A stretch of DNA of 64,000 nucleotides, taken from assembly GCF_018977255.1 (NCBI RefSeq), contig NW_024704757.1, forward strand, positions 10,726,001 to 10,790,000, given 5' to 3'. Shown in pieces: positions 17,466 through 30,070 of the stretch. Positions within the stretch are counted from its first letter, which is position 1, and the number at the start of each line of letters is the position of its first letter. This DNA comes from Callorhinchus milii (lineage: Eukaryota). Position numbers and translations under genes: made by a program. The notes under the pieces were generated by a model. That model saw only the letters and a program-made list of their open reading frames with translations, made no database searches and had not been told where the DNA came from.

Positions 17466-20400
17466 ATGAGCCAAGTAGACAGCGAGAACTACGTGTTCAA
17501 AGAATCCAACCATTCCAACAGGGTCTTGGATGGGATGAATAGTCTGCGGCAGAACCAGGCATTCTGCGACGTGATACTGTGTTGTGATGGTAATGAATTT
17601 CCATGCCATCGTATCGTCCTTGCCTCCTTCAGTTCCTACTTCCGGGCCATGTTCTCCACGGACCTGATGGAGTCTCGGCAAGAGCGAGTGGCCATCAATG
17701 GTGTGGAGCACCAGATGATCTGGAGACTGGTAGGCTATGCCTATACCGGCCAGGTCCACATCACTAAAGCAAATGTCCAGGGTTTGCTGGCTGCCGCTAA
17801 CCTGCTTGATATCATGCCAGTGTGCAAAGCCTGTTGCAAGTTCCTGGAGCACCACATGGATGAAACTAACTGTGTGGGTATCCACTGCTTCGCGGAGGCT
17901 CACTCCTGTGTGGAGCTGCAGGCTCGAAGCTTGGACTACATCCTGCAGCATTTCAATGTGGTGTGCAAACAGGAGGAGTTCCTCTCCCTCACTGCTGAAA
18001 AACTCACCGAGCTGATCAGCAGCGACGAGTTGAACGTGCCCAGAGAGGAAATTGTGTTCGAAGCTGTATTGCTTTGGCTGAAGAAAGATCAATCCAGACA
18101 ACAGCACTTTGAAAAGGTAATAATGCATATTCTTCCATTCTGCACTATAATAATAATCCTTGCATTTGATATAGTATCTTATCACGTAATTCAGGCATCT
18201 CAAAGCACTTCACAGAATGTTCCGTAAAGTGTAGTGACTGTATTCTTTTTGATGCAGGAAATCTACCTCTCTATTCTCACCAAGACGATATGTTTGTTTC
18301 ATTGAGGTCACTCTTATTTAGGTGTCTAGTGCCATACATTACTGAAGGGGCACTGACTCCTTCTACATCAGCACAGTGTGGAGGAAGTGTACAAGATTAC
18401 TGTTTTGATTTCAGAAGGAATGAAGTAGGATTGTTTGGGAGCAGTGGAAGCAATAAAATAAAGGCTAGAAGTTGTGAGAGTTATTGAAGTCTCAGTAATC
18501 TCATTTTAGCCACAGTTTTTAAATGGATAGAAAACATGGCCTGAGGGAGAGGAAAATGTAGCAATGGAGGTGTGAGTTTAACTTAAGACCGGAGATCATG
18601 AGATAGAAATGTTAATAACGCAGTTGGATTGAGGCATCCAAAGGTAACTAAATTTGACAGATGTCATTCTTGTAATTTGACTTTCAGATATTGGAGCACG
18701 TTCGCCTGCCTCTGCTCTGCCCTTACTACATCCATGATGTTGTTGAGTCCGAGAGTGCAGTGCAAGACTCACTGCCATGTCAGCACCTGATCTCTGAAGC
18801 CAAGAATTACCTCCTATTACAGGACCGACGAGGGGAGCTCTTCAATGCTCGCACACGGCCTCGGAAATCCACCAGTGAGTAGAAGGCGAGGAGGAGGAGG
18901 TTAAATGTCAGAATTGAATTAATTCATGAATTCTTTCCCCTAAATTCTGGATGTCCAATCTAACTTTCCTGGCTACATTAATCAACAATCATATGTGTAA
19001 TGTTTGGTCATCTATCAGTTCCTTTATCAACCCCACAACAGCCACTTACAACCTTTTATGAAGTAATAGAAATATCTCAAAGCACTTCATAGAAGGAGAT
19101 TAGTTGATCAAGAAAATTAAGTGCCTTAATTAACCATTGCAGAAGCTAACCTGCACCAGCAATGTCTCACTAACAATGGGATGAGTAGCCCTCTATTTAA
19201 ATCTGGGGGCACATTTCTGTGGTTCCTATTGATTTAACGTTCTTGAGTTCTATAGAGCACTTTCTCTCTCAAGGTCTAATGGAGCTTATTGTGGCAGTCG
19301 GAGGAGAAGATGACAAGGTGGTTCTGCGCAGTGTGGAAAGTTTTGACCCCGTTGCCCATCAGTGGAAGTGCCTGGCGTGTCTGCCTTTTGCTGTCAGTAA
19401 GCATGGACTTGTTGCATCAGGTACAAAGCGAGGGGTTATGATTGTTTGAAGAGCTGAGTATTTCTGTCCTTCATTCTTGCCTCCAGGGTGATATGTGCAA
19501 TTATAACCAGTGTTTATTTTGAATCATTCATAAGACTCGAGTGGATTACAGGAGGGAGCAGTGAATAAAAATACATAAGTGCACATTCCTTCACCAGCTC
19601 CTACAACCCTATTTTTGGTTTTCTCAGAGCTTCTGTGGCTTCTCCTAACTTTCCTTTTTTCTCCCCCCAGTTCCAAATATACCATCTCACACCCTCCTCA
19701 TCCTCACTATTAAAATCTAGACTTGTTGCACCATCTCCTATTCAACTCATTCTTTTCCACTCTGTAGAATCTCTCCTCTCTTGGTGTTCGCTTTCTCCTG
19801 GAGGCTTTTAAACTTGAGCTTGACTGTCTTTTCTGTTCATGTGTCATTGCTGTTCTGCATTAAAGCCTTTGATCCTTTCCTGAGAAGGTTAAGTGATGAC
19901 CTGATGGAGATCTTCAGCATTATGAAGGGTTCAGATGGGGGTCATAGGTATTTCCCCCCAAGTATTTGGTTAATGGGAACGTAAGATCATAAAGGAATAA
20001 AACAGGAGGTTAGAAAAAAAAATCTTTGCAAAGAGAATTCTCTGCCACAAACTAGTTAAAGCAGACCATAGATTATTGTGAAAGGGAATTGGGTTGATGC
20101 TTGAAATGGGATTATTGGTATGAAAAGCGAGTGGAGGAATTGGATTAGATTAGGAAGAGAAATGCCAACAGAAAATTGATGGGTAAGGTGGCCTGTTTCT
20201 GTGCTGTAGCACTTTCTCGTTTTCTTCTGTAGGTTCAACTCTTTACGTGGTTGGCGGTGAGTTTCCTGATGGTTCTGCCAGCCGAGAGTTGTGGCAATAC
20301 GACCCATGTTTTGATACATGGCATGAGAAGGCACCGATGAATGTGGCTCGTTCTGAACTAGGTACACCTCTTTTTATATTTTCTCCCTCCCTCCCACTCG

Positions 20401-22473
20401 CACTCAAAATTATCAGCACCTACCCACCCCCAGTAGTGCTGGAGCTCTCCCAATTTTCTCTGTAAAGAAAAATTCCCCAATTTTAAGCCTTAATATGCTG
20501 TACCTGGTTCGAGGCTCCAGGGACCAGGTACTAATACCTTTCCAACTTTGACTCTTGACCCGTCGGCCTATGGGAACATTGTCAAACATTTCCTGGATTT
20601 AGTTGTCCACGTGTAACAAAGGCCGGCTCTTTCCTTCCCCCAGGTGTTGCAATGTTGAATGGCTTTGTCTTTGCAGTCGGTGGGTGGGAAGGTTCCTCGA
20701 GGCTAGATTCTGTTGAATGCTACAGCCCACACACTAACATGTGGCACTTCCTGAAACCCATAAAGATGGCAATTACCAGTCCAGCTGTGGTTGCACTGGA
20801 TGGGCTTCTGTACGTAGCAGGTAAGGGATTTCCTAATCCTAGTCATAACTAATGTCAGCTCGTGGCAGAGGTCAAAGTTAACTTGCTTATGTTTAAAATG
20901 TTGGTTCATCAATCAATAAAGTGCATTTATATTGTCCTTTTCATATAAAGGGAAACCTTTCCAAGAGCTTTACACATCTACATCAATTGCATGGCAAACG
21001 GGACTTAAATTGATTCAATTGAATAGTGAACCTCAGTCCAAGGAACTGGTCTGGCAATGAGTGAATACAAGCTGCAGCCATTTAGTCCATTCATCCCTTT
21101 TGCTCCTGCAATAGCTGATGTCAATTGGTGTGTTTGGTTAATCTCGCACTTTAGTGAGTTGGCCCTGAATTGAGATTCAGGGGGTGGTTGATTACAAGGA
21201 GGTTCTATGTTCAAATTGATGTTCTGATGGAAGTTGCTGAATTTACCGTAGCTTTTTGGCGCCTGCATTGAGCAGAGTTGAGGTGTTGGGTCAAATAAGG
21301 GAAACTCTAAAGCAGCCAGACAGTATAAATCGTTCGACCAATTTGGGATGGAGGAGTGAAAGGCATCCAGAACACAATCACAGATTTGAATTACAAATTC
21401 TTGAAGCTGGTGCAGGGTTCTCTCATTTATCTGATCTCACAGGTGGAGCTGTGTTGGAGGACGGCGATGGCATTGATCTTTTTCAAGTGTACAATCCTCA
21501 AATGAATTCCTGGTCAGAGTTGGCACCAATGCAAATTCCACGCTCTGGCTCAGTTGCCTGCGTCCTCAGAGGAAAGATTTATGTTATTGGTAAGATAATT
21601 CATCTTTAGTAACCCATCGTCTGTGGAATCTCACGATCTGGCAGGACCTCAGCATTGAATTAGTTGTCTCCCCCTCTCCACCCCACATCCCCCCAGGTAA
21701 GGCCTCAGTTAACAATTAATCAGTTACCTGTTTCAGCAGGTCATGCTGTTTGCCAAGAGCAGGTGTGAGTGGTTGAGAGGAAGCATTGTGTGGTAATTGT
21801 CATTTGGATACACATGTATTACTTTGGGACCAGCCAGATGAACCATAATGGTCCTATGTTCTGCTGGTGTGATTGAGGATTGGATGTTCTGGATGAACTG
21901 TTTGGGGGCGGCTGTGCTGGACACTGCTTGGAGGACAGGTGGAACATGTGAATGAGCTGGTTTGTTGGGTATCTGACAGGTGGCTGGCATGCTTCCACTG
22001 AGAACACCAACAAAGTAGAACAATACGACCCAAAGACCAACACGTGGCAAATGTGTGCTCCTATGAACGAGCGGCGGTACCGACCAGGTGTGGGGGTAAT
22101 AGATGGCAAAATCTACATACTAGGAGGAGAGGAAGGATGGGATCGGTAGGTGTAAATTGTTGGCAAACTATTTTCATTTTTCCCTAACCTAAAAGACTAA
22201 TGGTCTGAGTATAAAGATTAATAAAGCTATTTACTAATGCTACCTTTCATCAATATATTTTGAGTCTCTGTCGTTGCACATTCATTGGTCGATATCTCTG
22301 TTTTCAGATACCACGACACTATAGAACGGTACAGTGAAGAAAGTGGCAAGTGGGAGATATTTGGAGAGATGCTCACTAGCCGAAGTTGGTTGAGTTGCGT
22401 CTCCATCCAGGTACTGAAAGATCTGTGGCCCAGCCAACACAGTACTACAGCTGAACAAGGTGCTCGCAACTGA
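17466..22473 (+). CDS. Kelch-like protein (BTB-BACK-six Kelch repeats), about 589 aa; ortholog not assigned
   Basis: Exons 17466-18116 (BTB FCDVILCCDGNEFPCHRIVLASFSSYFRAMF; BACK NCVGIHCFAEAHSC), 18688-18874, 19274-19420, 20233-20361, 20644-20820, 21443-21589, 21980-22145, 22308-22473. All GT-AG with matching phases, 1770 nt open. Kelch GG...Y.P...W motifs. Confidence 0.92.
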
Positions 22474-24577
22474 CGGTCGTGATCTGTACTTCGTATAGGA
22501 GTAAGCTAGCTTGATTTTTACAAGCACAGAAGGACCCTGCTTTATACTTTCCAGACATTCTCTCAGCCCAACATGAATCCCTGACTTTTTGGCTTTTTAT
22601 GTTTGGATTGCCTGTATAAAACTAAAGTCTAAGTTGTATGATTCTGTTGAGTATTCATATAGCGGACGTGCTGGCACTCTGGTGGTACTTACACAAAAAG
22701 GTAGCTTAGGTACACAAGTCCATTTGAAAGGTGCAAACTATCTCTACCCTTGTGAGACTGCTGGACTCTCAGTCTCTTCCTCAGATTGTCAATGTGAGGG
22801 AAAACTAACGGAAACGAGAATTGTGAATGTTTGAAGCATACAACAGCAGGTCAATCAACACCTAAAAAGGAAGAATGGATTTGGATTTCAGGTATAACCC
22901 TATCTAAACTGGCAGAAATTCTGAGGTGAAATCTGACCTGAAAAGTTAATGTTTTCTCTTTAAGGTGCTGATCAACCTGCTGTGCACTTACATCTTTATT
23001 TTGAACTAAAGCTAGTTTTGCCTCCTATTATGTCCCTCTGCTGTCTGTTTGACATGGACATTATCTTCTGTGGCAAAATCTTAAAATATTCTGTACCCAT
23101 AATGTGCAAATTAATATCTGATGTATTGGGAATGTGTGTGTGGTACTTCTCCCAGAGAAGGCAACCAAGACAATTTGACCACTGTCTTGGGGGTTGGGGT
23201 AGAAACCTTTACACTTCGATTATGATGGATGAGAGCATTTGATTTGCACTGGGCTACTAAATGACGAGACAAAGCCACCTAGTGGCCTAGTGTGCTCCCA
23301 AATTCCTGGCTCAATTTGAAGTATGGGGTACTGTAAATTTTGTAAAGCCTTATCAGTTAAGAACATGATAAACTGTCACAAATCAAATTGTTAAATGTTT
23401 TCATGTTTCCCCTTTGATTTGCTGTGTCAAATATGAGTGAGAGGCAGATTTTTCTTAAAAGCTGCTGATGCCTGACATTAGAATAAGTTTTTTAATTTTC
23501 AGTTGCATGATCCCTAATTTCATTGTTTCAATCTCTTTTTTGGTGGGTGGAGGGGTTCTTTTGTCACTTTGTTGGAAATCTACTTTACAGAATGATGCTT
23601 GGTGTAAATCTAGAATTGTGAAACAAGTGAGTATGGAATGTTTAAAACTGATTAATGAAGATCCAAACCGAGTAAAATATACTTTTGGCAGTTTAGGAGT
23701 GCTTTATGAACAGGGTTTACACAGGCTCTGCAATGAAGACTTTTGTAGCTAATTTCAGATGAATAACCCTGTGGGTTTATAAATGCACTGTTTTGTAATT
23801 GTGTGTGTTGTATACTTGCTATAAAATATAAGTGAATAAAGATGTTAAAATTTTAATCTGTATGTAAAATGATTGTACCTAAATTTATAATAAATGGTTT
23901 TGTATTACATTTTGACTTGCTAGTTATTGTGCTATGAACCTCCTTTTGCTCTCATTGTAGAAACTGTCTTCACATCTGTACATACACACTTGCAAGTGAG
24001 TTCACGTAATTGCAGTTACATGATTCACCACTTGCTATGCAATATGTTAAGATTCAGAGATTCAACACATTTGAGTGCAATAAATTGCAATTATAGAAAC
24101 ACCTTTCAGGTTGCAGAGTGAGTCAGCAAGGAGGGATGGCAACAGTTGTATTGATTGTTTTAGATTAGCACTAGTAAAGTTGTATTTTGTGTGATAACAT
24201 TAACAGGCTAGTCCCAATCAATGCACAGCAACATTTCTCATGTAACTTTCTGGTAACTTGAGTGCTTGTTCTGACATAGGAACAGGTGGTCATTCACTCT
24301 CACCACTTTTAGATCAGTAGAAACATTTAATCTTACTTCCCTAGGAGAATGGGATGTTTCACATCCACTGACACAGGCAGATGGGATCTCAGTTTAACAT
24401 CTGCCAATACAACATGTCCCTAGCACTGAATTGGGAGCGGCAGCATAGTTTGATTCCAAGTCCTGGCATGAGGCTTGACCCTACATCTTTTGGACTCTTG
24501 AGGTAAGAGTGCTCCCAGTATAAAATGAAATCAATTTAAGTATCTGACAGCAGTAATCAGATAATTATTTGGGGAGG

Positions 24578-24710
24578 ACAAGTTTGCAGGGGTTGGGGGA
24601 AGAGAGCAGGGTAGGATTTCATCAACCCCACTCAGCATCAGAGCAACTCAAACCAGCACAGACATGATGGGCCGAATTGCTTCCTTCTGTGCTGTATGAT
24701 TCTATGAAGT
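24578..24710 (+). mobile_element. CR1-type LINE 3' tail remnant
   Basis: gggaagagagcaggg...cagcacagacatgatgggccgaattgcttccttctgtgctgtatgattctatga resembles chondrichthyan CR1 3' ends (recalled, not searched). Confidence 0.55.
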
Positions 24711-25186
24711 TGAGTGCTTTAAATTCAATTTTAGCAGCACATGTTCACTTCTCCCCCAATGGCATAATAGCTGCAACTTCCTCCACAGCCTCTTCCCCTC
24801 CTCCCAGTGCCACATTAGGTATTTTCTTTGATGTGAAATTGCATTTTAATAACACTGATTTTATATTAGCAATATCAGTTAGGGTTAGTTGAAAAAGCAT
24901 CTCAAAAGAAAGAATCCTGGAGTAGGTGAAAACATTTTGATCAAATGCACCAGTCATATCAGTTACATGACAACAACCACTTAAACTGTGTAAACACCAG
25001 TTAACATGACACAAAATTTTCCTTTATTCAAAAAAGGAATTACAATACACTGCAACTTTGCCTATTTAGACAATACTGTACTATGTTCCAAAGCAGTTAT
25101 TAAAAATAAAGTGGAATGTACATGGTTGAGTATTAGAAGCCACATCCTGTCAGGTTTTCATCAACCCCACTCAACATCAGAGCAAT

Positions 25187-27622
25187 TCAAACCAGCAGCC
25201 GTTCAATTGATTGTTGAACAGACTGAATCTGGGGCTTCAGCTGCGAGCCTTCCTTCACAGTTATTGAAGATGCAATGACAGGTCTGGAAACCCCACATGC
25301 ACGGCCCAGAGCCTGCTTGGACCTTACAAAAACATAAGGTACATTTTTATCTTCACACAGAAGAGGCAAGTGAAGAAGGATCTCCAATGGTTCAGAATCT
25401 GCTGCCATCACTATGAACTCAGCAATTCCTCTGTTCAATGTTTTGGTGGCTGGAAAGAAAAATATTGTAGTTTAGGAATGCAACTCAGTAGTTGAACCAC
25501 TAAATGACAATTCATCTAATCAGATTCCCAGTTAGTCAAAATATTCCATATTTATTTAAAGGCCAGTTCTGAAACAAATGTAAAATACATACCTTCATTG
25601 GCACCCTTTCGAAGCTGTTTGTAGCTTGCAGCTTGCTGTACAAGATCCAGTATAGTCTTCGTCAGTTGAGCATCCGCAAGGGGATAAGCCTTTGGGTTAA
25701 CGTCTGGTTCAGTCTAAAGATGGATAAACAATTTATCACAATTTAGAAGGAAAAATACTGCAACTGCAGTATTTTATTTCAGCTATTTTACTTTTTTAAA
25801 AAAAACACAAAAGAATCTTATTTGAAGTTGTATTCAGCTCAACAATAGTGACCTTCGACTGTACACCTCTTTAAACTAGAATTGGTGTGAAAGCCTATAC
25901 ATAAGGTTAAAATTTGGAAGTTGTAATCAAGAATCCTTCACCAATAATTGTCTTTCACACTTGCATTTGAGCACCTAGAACATTCAGTTGTCTGTTATGT
26001 GTTTCACAGTAATTGCCAGTTAAATGACATTAGTTCTAGGCATTACAATAAATTCAAAGATGCCAACAGTCTTACAGTAGTCAAAAGACTTAATCTCCAA
26101 TTATCAAGATTCCTTTATACAATGCTTGAGCTTTCCTCTAAATGTCCCTACTGCTCTGTATCCCTACATCCAGATACATCAGATAGGTCATGGAGTATGA
26201 CCCTTTTCCCCACGGGAAAATGTTACACTGCAACAAAGTTAGGAACTCATTACATGAGTAAACAGAGGAAACTTGAAATATGCTGTACGTTAGCACAGTA
26301 CTGGAACATCCACACACTGCTTCACCATGTGGTATAGGCTTTTTCAGTGTCGCTTTAAGGCATATTGTCATCCAAAAATAATATGAGATGACAACAACCT
26401 CATTACCATAAGGATTGAGTGTCCATATTTATTAGCAACCCAGTCCAGAATCAGCACAGACTGAATTACTGCTCGCCAGCTGCTATAATTATCCCATATC
26501 ATTGCATTTGATATAGTGTCTTTTCACGTCTTCTAGGCGTCTCAAAGTGCCTCACAGAATATACTGTAAAATAACGTTTGGTCTGTCTCAACCAGGTCTC
26601 AATGGACACTTTTGAAATGCTGTTTCCACTTGCCCTACAGCTCAAAATGCTCCCTCTCAGAGAAACTCTCGACTTGTAATAATAATAATAATAATCCTTG
26701 CATTCGATATAGCGCTTTACACGTCTTCTCGATGTCTCAAAGCGCTTCACGGAACAGACCGCAAAGTGAATCGACCGTATACCTGCGGGCGAAACGCGGC
26801 AGCCAAACCGCGCACGGCGGCGCCCCGCGGGCAGCCGTGGACTGAAGATGACCCAATGTATGATTGTTTTGGTTTGTTTTGGAGGGACGGCGGTGAGGCG
26901 CGTGGAGTGGAGTGAGGAAACCTGCCCGAGGTCTCGCCCCGGTTACCGCCGCGTTTCACGTAACCGCTCTTCCCGGAGTGCGGAGCCCCCCAACAGCAGC
27001 AAAAGCAGGTCTTCGAAACCAGTGGGTGAAGAACGGTTTCTTCTCACGACAAAATACCACAACGGTGAAACCAGTCCCGGGGCAAATGATTCAGACTATT
27101 TTCCACGAAGAGTGGGGACCGTCAGTGTCCGTGAATTTCCGGGAGCCCCGAGATACAAACCACGTGGAAATACAAGTGCTTTTACCGTCTCTCCGCCGTT
27201 TGGCCAAACCCGAAGTCACACCGTGAACCTCCCGGAACCCTCTCAACCGCACCACGGGAGTGAGGTCCTCAGCAGCCAGTGTGGGGGGAGGGGGGGGGGG
27301 GCTGCCGTTACCTGGTAACCGAGGCCTAACCCCGGGCCGGAGCCTCTTTCAGCACCAAATCCTCCGCTGGTTAGTCAGGCCGACATGACCCTCGCTCTCC
27401 GCCGCCCTACTATCTCCCTCCCTCCCACCACCACCACCACCACCCAGGGTCCCTCCTCCAGCCATCTCCTCTCTCCCCCCCCCCCCACCTCTCGGCCTCT
27501 CCCTCCCTCGGCCTCACCGCCCGCCGCGAACACACGTGGTGGCTGAGGGGAAAAGAGGCCGCCCCTTGCCTTCCCTTCCCCCCCTCCCCACTCCAGACAC
27601 TGCTCCCGCCCGGGCCTACCAT
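25187..27622 (-). CDS. SNU13: SNU13 / NHP2L1 (15.5K kink-turn-binding protein), 128 aa
   Basis: Exon 1 contributes only ATG (27620-27622, then GTAGG); exon 2 is 25593-25713 ([40 protein letters not shown]); exon 3 is 25187-25449 ([59 protein letters not shown]...IERLLV*). Total 387 nt. Confidence 0.96.
26497..26860 (-). mobile_element. Two SINE fragments in SNU13 intron 1 (about 26497-26572 and 26677-26860)
   Basis: Reverse-complement family tails; the second copy is strongly GC-shifted (see findings). Confidence 0.75.
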
Positions 27623-27930
27623 CTCTCCAGGCGGGTTAAGGTGGCGGTGGTGGTGGTGGCGGTGGTGGTGGTGGTCGCTGCCGCTCAGGCTGTCGCACGC
27701 GTCCTCTCGGCTGCTGCTTCACGGAGGACTCGCTTCACCCGCCCTGACGCACGCCGGTTCTGGCACAGACTGACCAACAGCGAGACCTCCGGCAACAGCG
27801 CCACCTCTGCCCGGGTGGGACAGGTCAGGCGCAACACCTCGAGCCCCTCCCACAAACAGAAGGGGAGGCTTTGCACCTCTGTTAGCGTTGGAGGGGCTCT
27901 CAGAGCGCGCTCGTTCTCTTCGAGCAGATC
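26740..27930. promoter_or_regulatory. CpG island over the SNU13 promoter, exon 1 and intron 1
   Basis: High GC and CpG density against AT-rich flanks; contains the SNU13 ATG and an RFX X-box-like palindrome GTTACCTGGTAAC at 27307-27319. Confidence 0.8.
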
Positions 27931-28033
27931 GGCTGTAAATTAACCAGGAGTAGGTTTTCATTTTAAGGCTGAACTGAGCAAACACCTGACTGTGATCTTA
28001 AACTAACACTGGGAAACGTTTTGAAGATAGCTT

Positions 28034-28672
28034 AACAACAACAACAAGATTCCATTTATAGAGCGCCTTTCACGTCGGGAGGACGTCCCAAGGCGCTGGA
28101 CAGAGTACAGCGTTTTCAGACCCGAGCTGGGGGGGTGGCCGATGGCACGGTCGAAGAGGAGGGTCTTGAGGTAGGACTTAAAGGAGGCTAAGGAGGGGGT
28201 CAGGCGGAGTGACTGGAGGATGGATGGAATTCCAGAGGTTGGGGGCAGAGTGGCTGAAGGCTCTCCCGCCAATGGTGGGGCGGGTGGGTTGGGGGACATG
28301 GAGCAGGCCAGAGCTGGTTGAGCGGAGGGAACTGGCGGGTTGGTAGGGGGTTAGGAGGTCGCAGAGGTAGGGTGGGGTGAAGCCATTGGAGGGCTTTGTA
28401 TGTGAGGACCAGGATCTTGAACTGGATCCTCTGAAGGATAGGGAGCCAATGGAGTCGGGCGAAAGTAGGGGAGATGGGGGTTACAAAGTTTGGTGTGGGA
28501 GAGGACACGGGCTGCAGAGTTCTGGATTATCTGCAGCCTGTAGAGGGAGGATTTAGGAAGGCCGACAAGCAGGGCGTTTGTATAGTCGAGCCTGGAGGTA
28601 ATGAAGGCATGAACAAGAGTTTCAGTGGCCTGAGGGGTGAGGTATTGGCGGAGTCGGGCGATATTACGGAGG
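28034..28672 (-). mobile_element. L2-clade LINE 3' fragment between SNU13 and UQCRC2
   Basis: Minus-strand [24 protein letters not shown] and ASFKSYLKTLLFDRA; tail (caa)n...gcgcctttcacgtcgggaggacgtccc. Confidence 0.85.
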
Positions 28673-29299
28673 TTTTACATCCATTAGCTTACCCTTTTTT
28701 GATCAACCGGGTGTCTGACACATGTGGAAATGCATAACCCTGCTTAAGAGTATCCAAACCAAACTGATAATTCCCTTCCTGGAGGGACTCATCCTGTCTA
28801 CCTAAATCCAGAAAGTATTAGGCGCAGATTAGACCCTACTATCAAATGTAAGCATTGTTCTTACAAATCCCTATCTTTCCAACCTGCTCATGCTCCATTC
28901 TTCCGTCTTCCCCCTTCCCTCAGCTAACTTGGATCTTCTGTGTGTCCCCAACCCCTCTGCTCCACCATTGGTGGCCGGGCTTTCAGTCACTACGCGCCAA
29001 ACCTCTGGAACTCTCTCCCTCAATCCCTTCGCCTTCAGATCATTCCTGATGTCCTTCCTCTTTGACCATGCCTATAGCCACCCCATTCTCCCCAGCTCGG
29101 CCGTTGTTCAGCACTCCGAGACGCTTCCCTGTTGTGGTGTTATTGTAAACACAAGTTGTTGTTATATACAGTCAATTCACTTTACAGTGTATCCGGTGAA
29201 GCTCTTTGAGACGTCTTGAAGCCGTGATAAGGCACTGCATCAAATGCCAGGAGTATTATTAGTATTATTATAAGGAAAGGGGGGGATACATTTTGCAGC

Positions 29300-30070
29300 T
29301 GATTGGATAGCTGCTGCATGTGGCAGGTGGAGTTAGCTGGAACGTGATTGGTCGCTGCTGCTCGGTATGTGATTGGCTGCCTGGTGGCGGCGGTGGTGAC
29401 CAGTGATTGGTTGGCCGCTGCCGCTGGCAAGTGATTGGCTGCCTGGCGCTCCCGGGGCTGTGGGCGCCGCCATGTTGAGTGCTGGAGCGGCGGGGATGGG
29501 GTCGGTGCGGGGAGTCACCGGGAGCCTGAGAAGCCTCAGTGTAAGTGGCCGCCGTTCAACGTTCGGCGGCGTGAACGTTAACGTGAACCTTAACGGAACA
29601 GCCACCAGCACCGACGTGTCACCCATTGCGCACAAATCGAGGCCGGGACCGCCGCGGGGCCTAGCGGCGACCTGAGCCGAACCGAGCCGGGGACCCCCAG
29701 GGTTGCCATGGAGCCGGACTTGCCCCCACACCCCCCACCCCCCACACAGCGAATAGACCCGAAGATAACACGGCCGTTGACGACGGGAGCGCTCCGTTTT
29801 GTGTTCGCGCGGGGTGGGTGGGTTGTCGGTGAGAGGAAATCCTGAATGAAGCGGAGCCGTGGTTGAAGGTCACACCGGGTCGGGGTTTATATCCCTCGTC
29901 CTTTTATAACTTGACATCGTCAAGTGGATCTCCGGCCGAGCCCGAGCTCGCAATGGCCGTAGTGCGGCTTTATTCGGCAGCTGGTTTTTCAGCTGTTTTT
30001 TTTGTCGCCGGATATTCTTTTGTCCTTCGCAGATCCCTCAGTGTCAGTTTTTTTGACGTCAATGCCTCAC
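29300..30070 (+). promoter_or_regulatory. UQCRC2 CpG-island promoter with five inverted CCAAT boxes and a YY1 site over the ATG
   Basis: TGATTGG near 29300, 29345, 29370, 29404 and 29432; CCGCCATGTT at 29467-29476; full CRE TGACGTCA at 30054-30061. Confidence 0.7.

Noticed and set aside
17409-18203. 264-aa minus-strand ORF, and similar antisense ORFs over ANKS4B exon 2
   Set aside because: Antisense shadows of real coding exons; this one starts in a SINE.
25450-27619. Intronic box C/D snoRNA in SNU13
   Set aside because: No paired RUGAUGA/CUGA boxes with a terminal stem were found.
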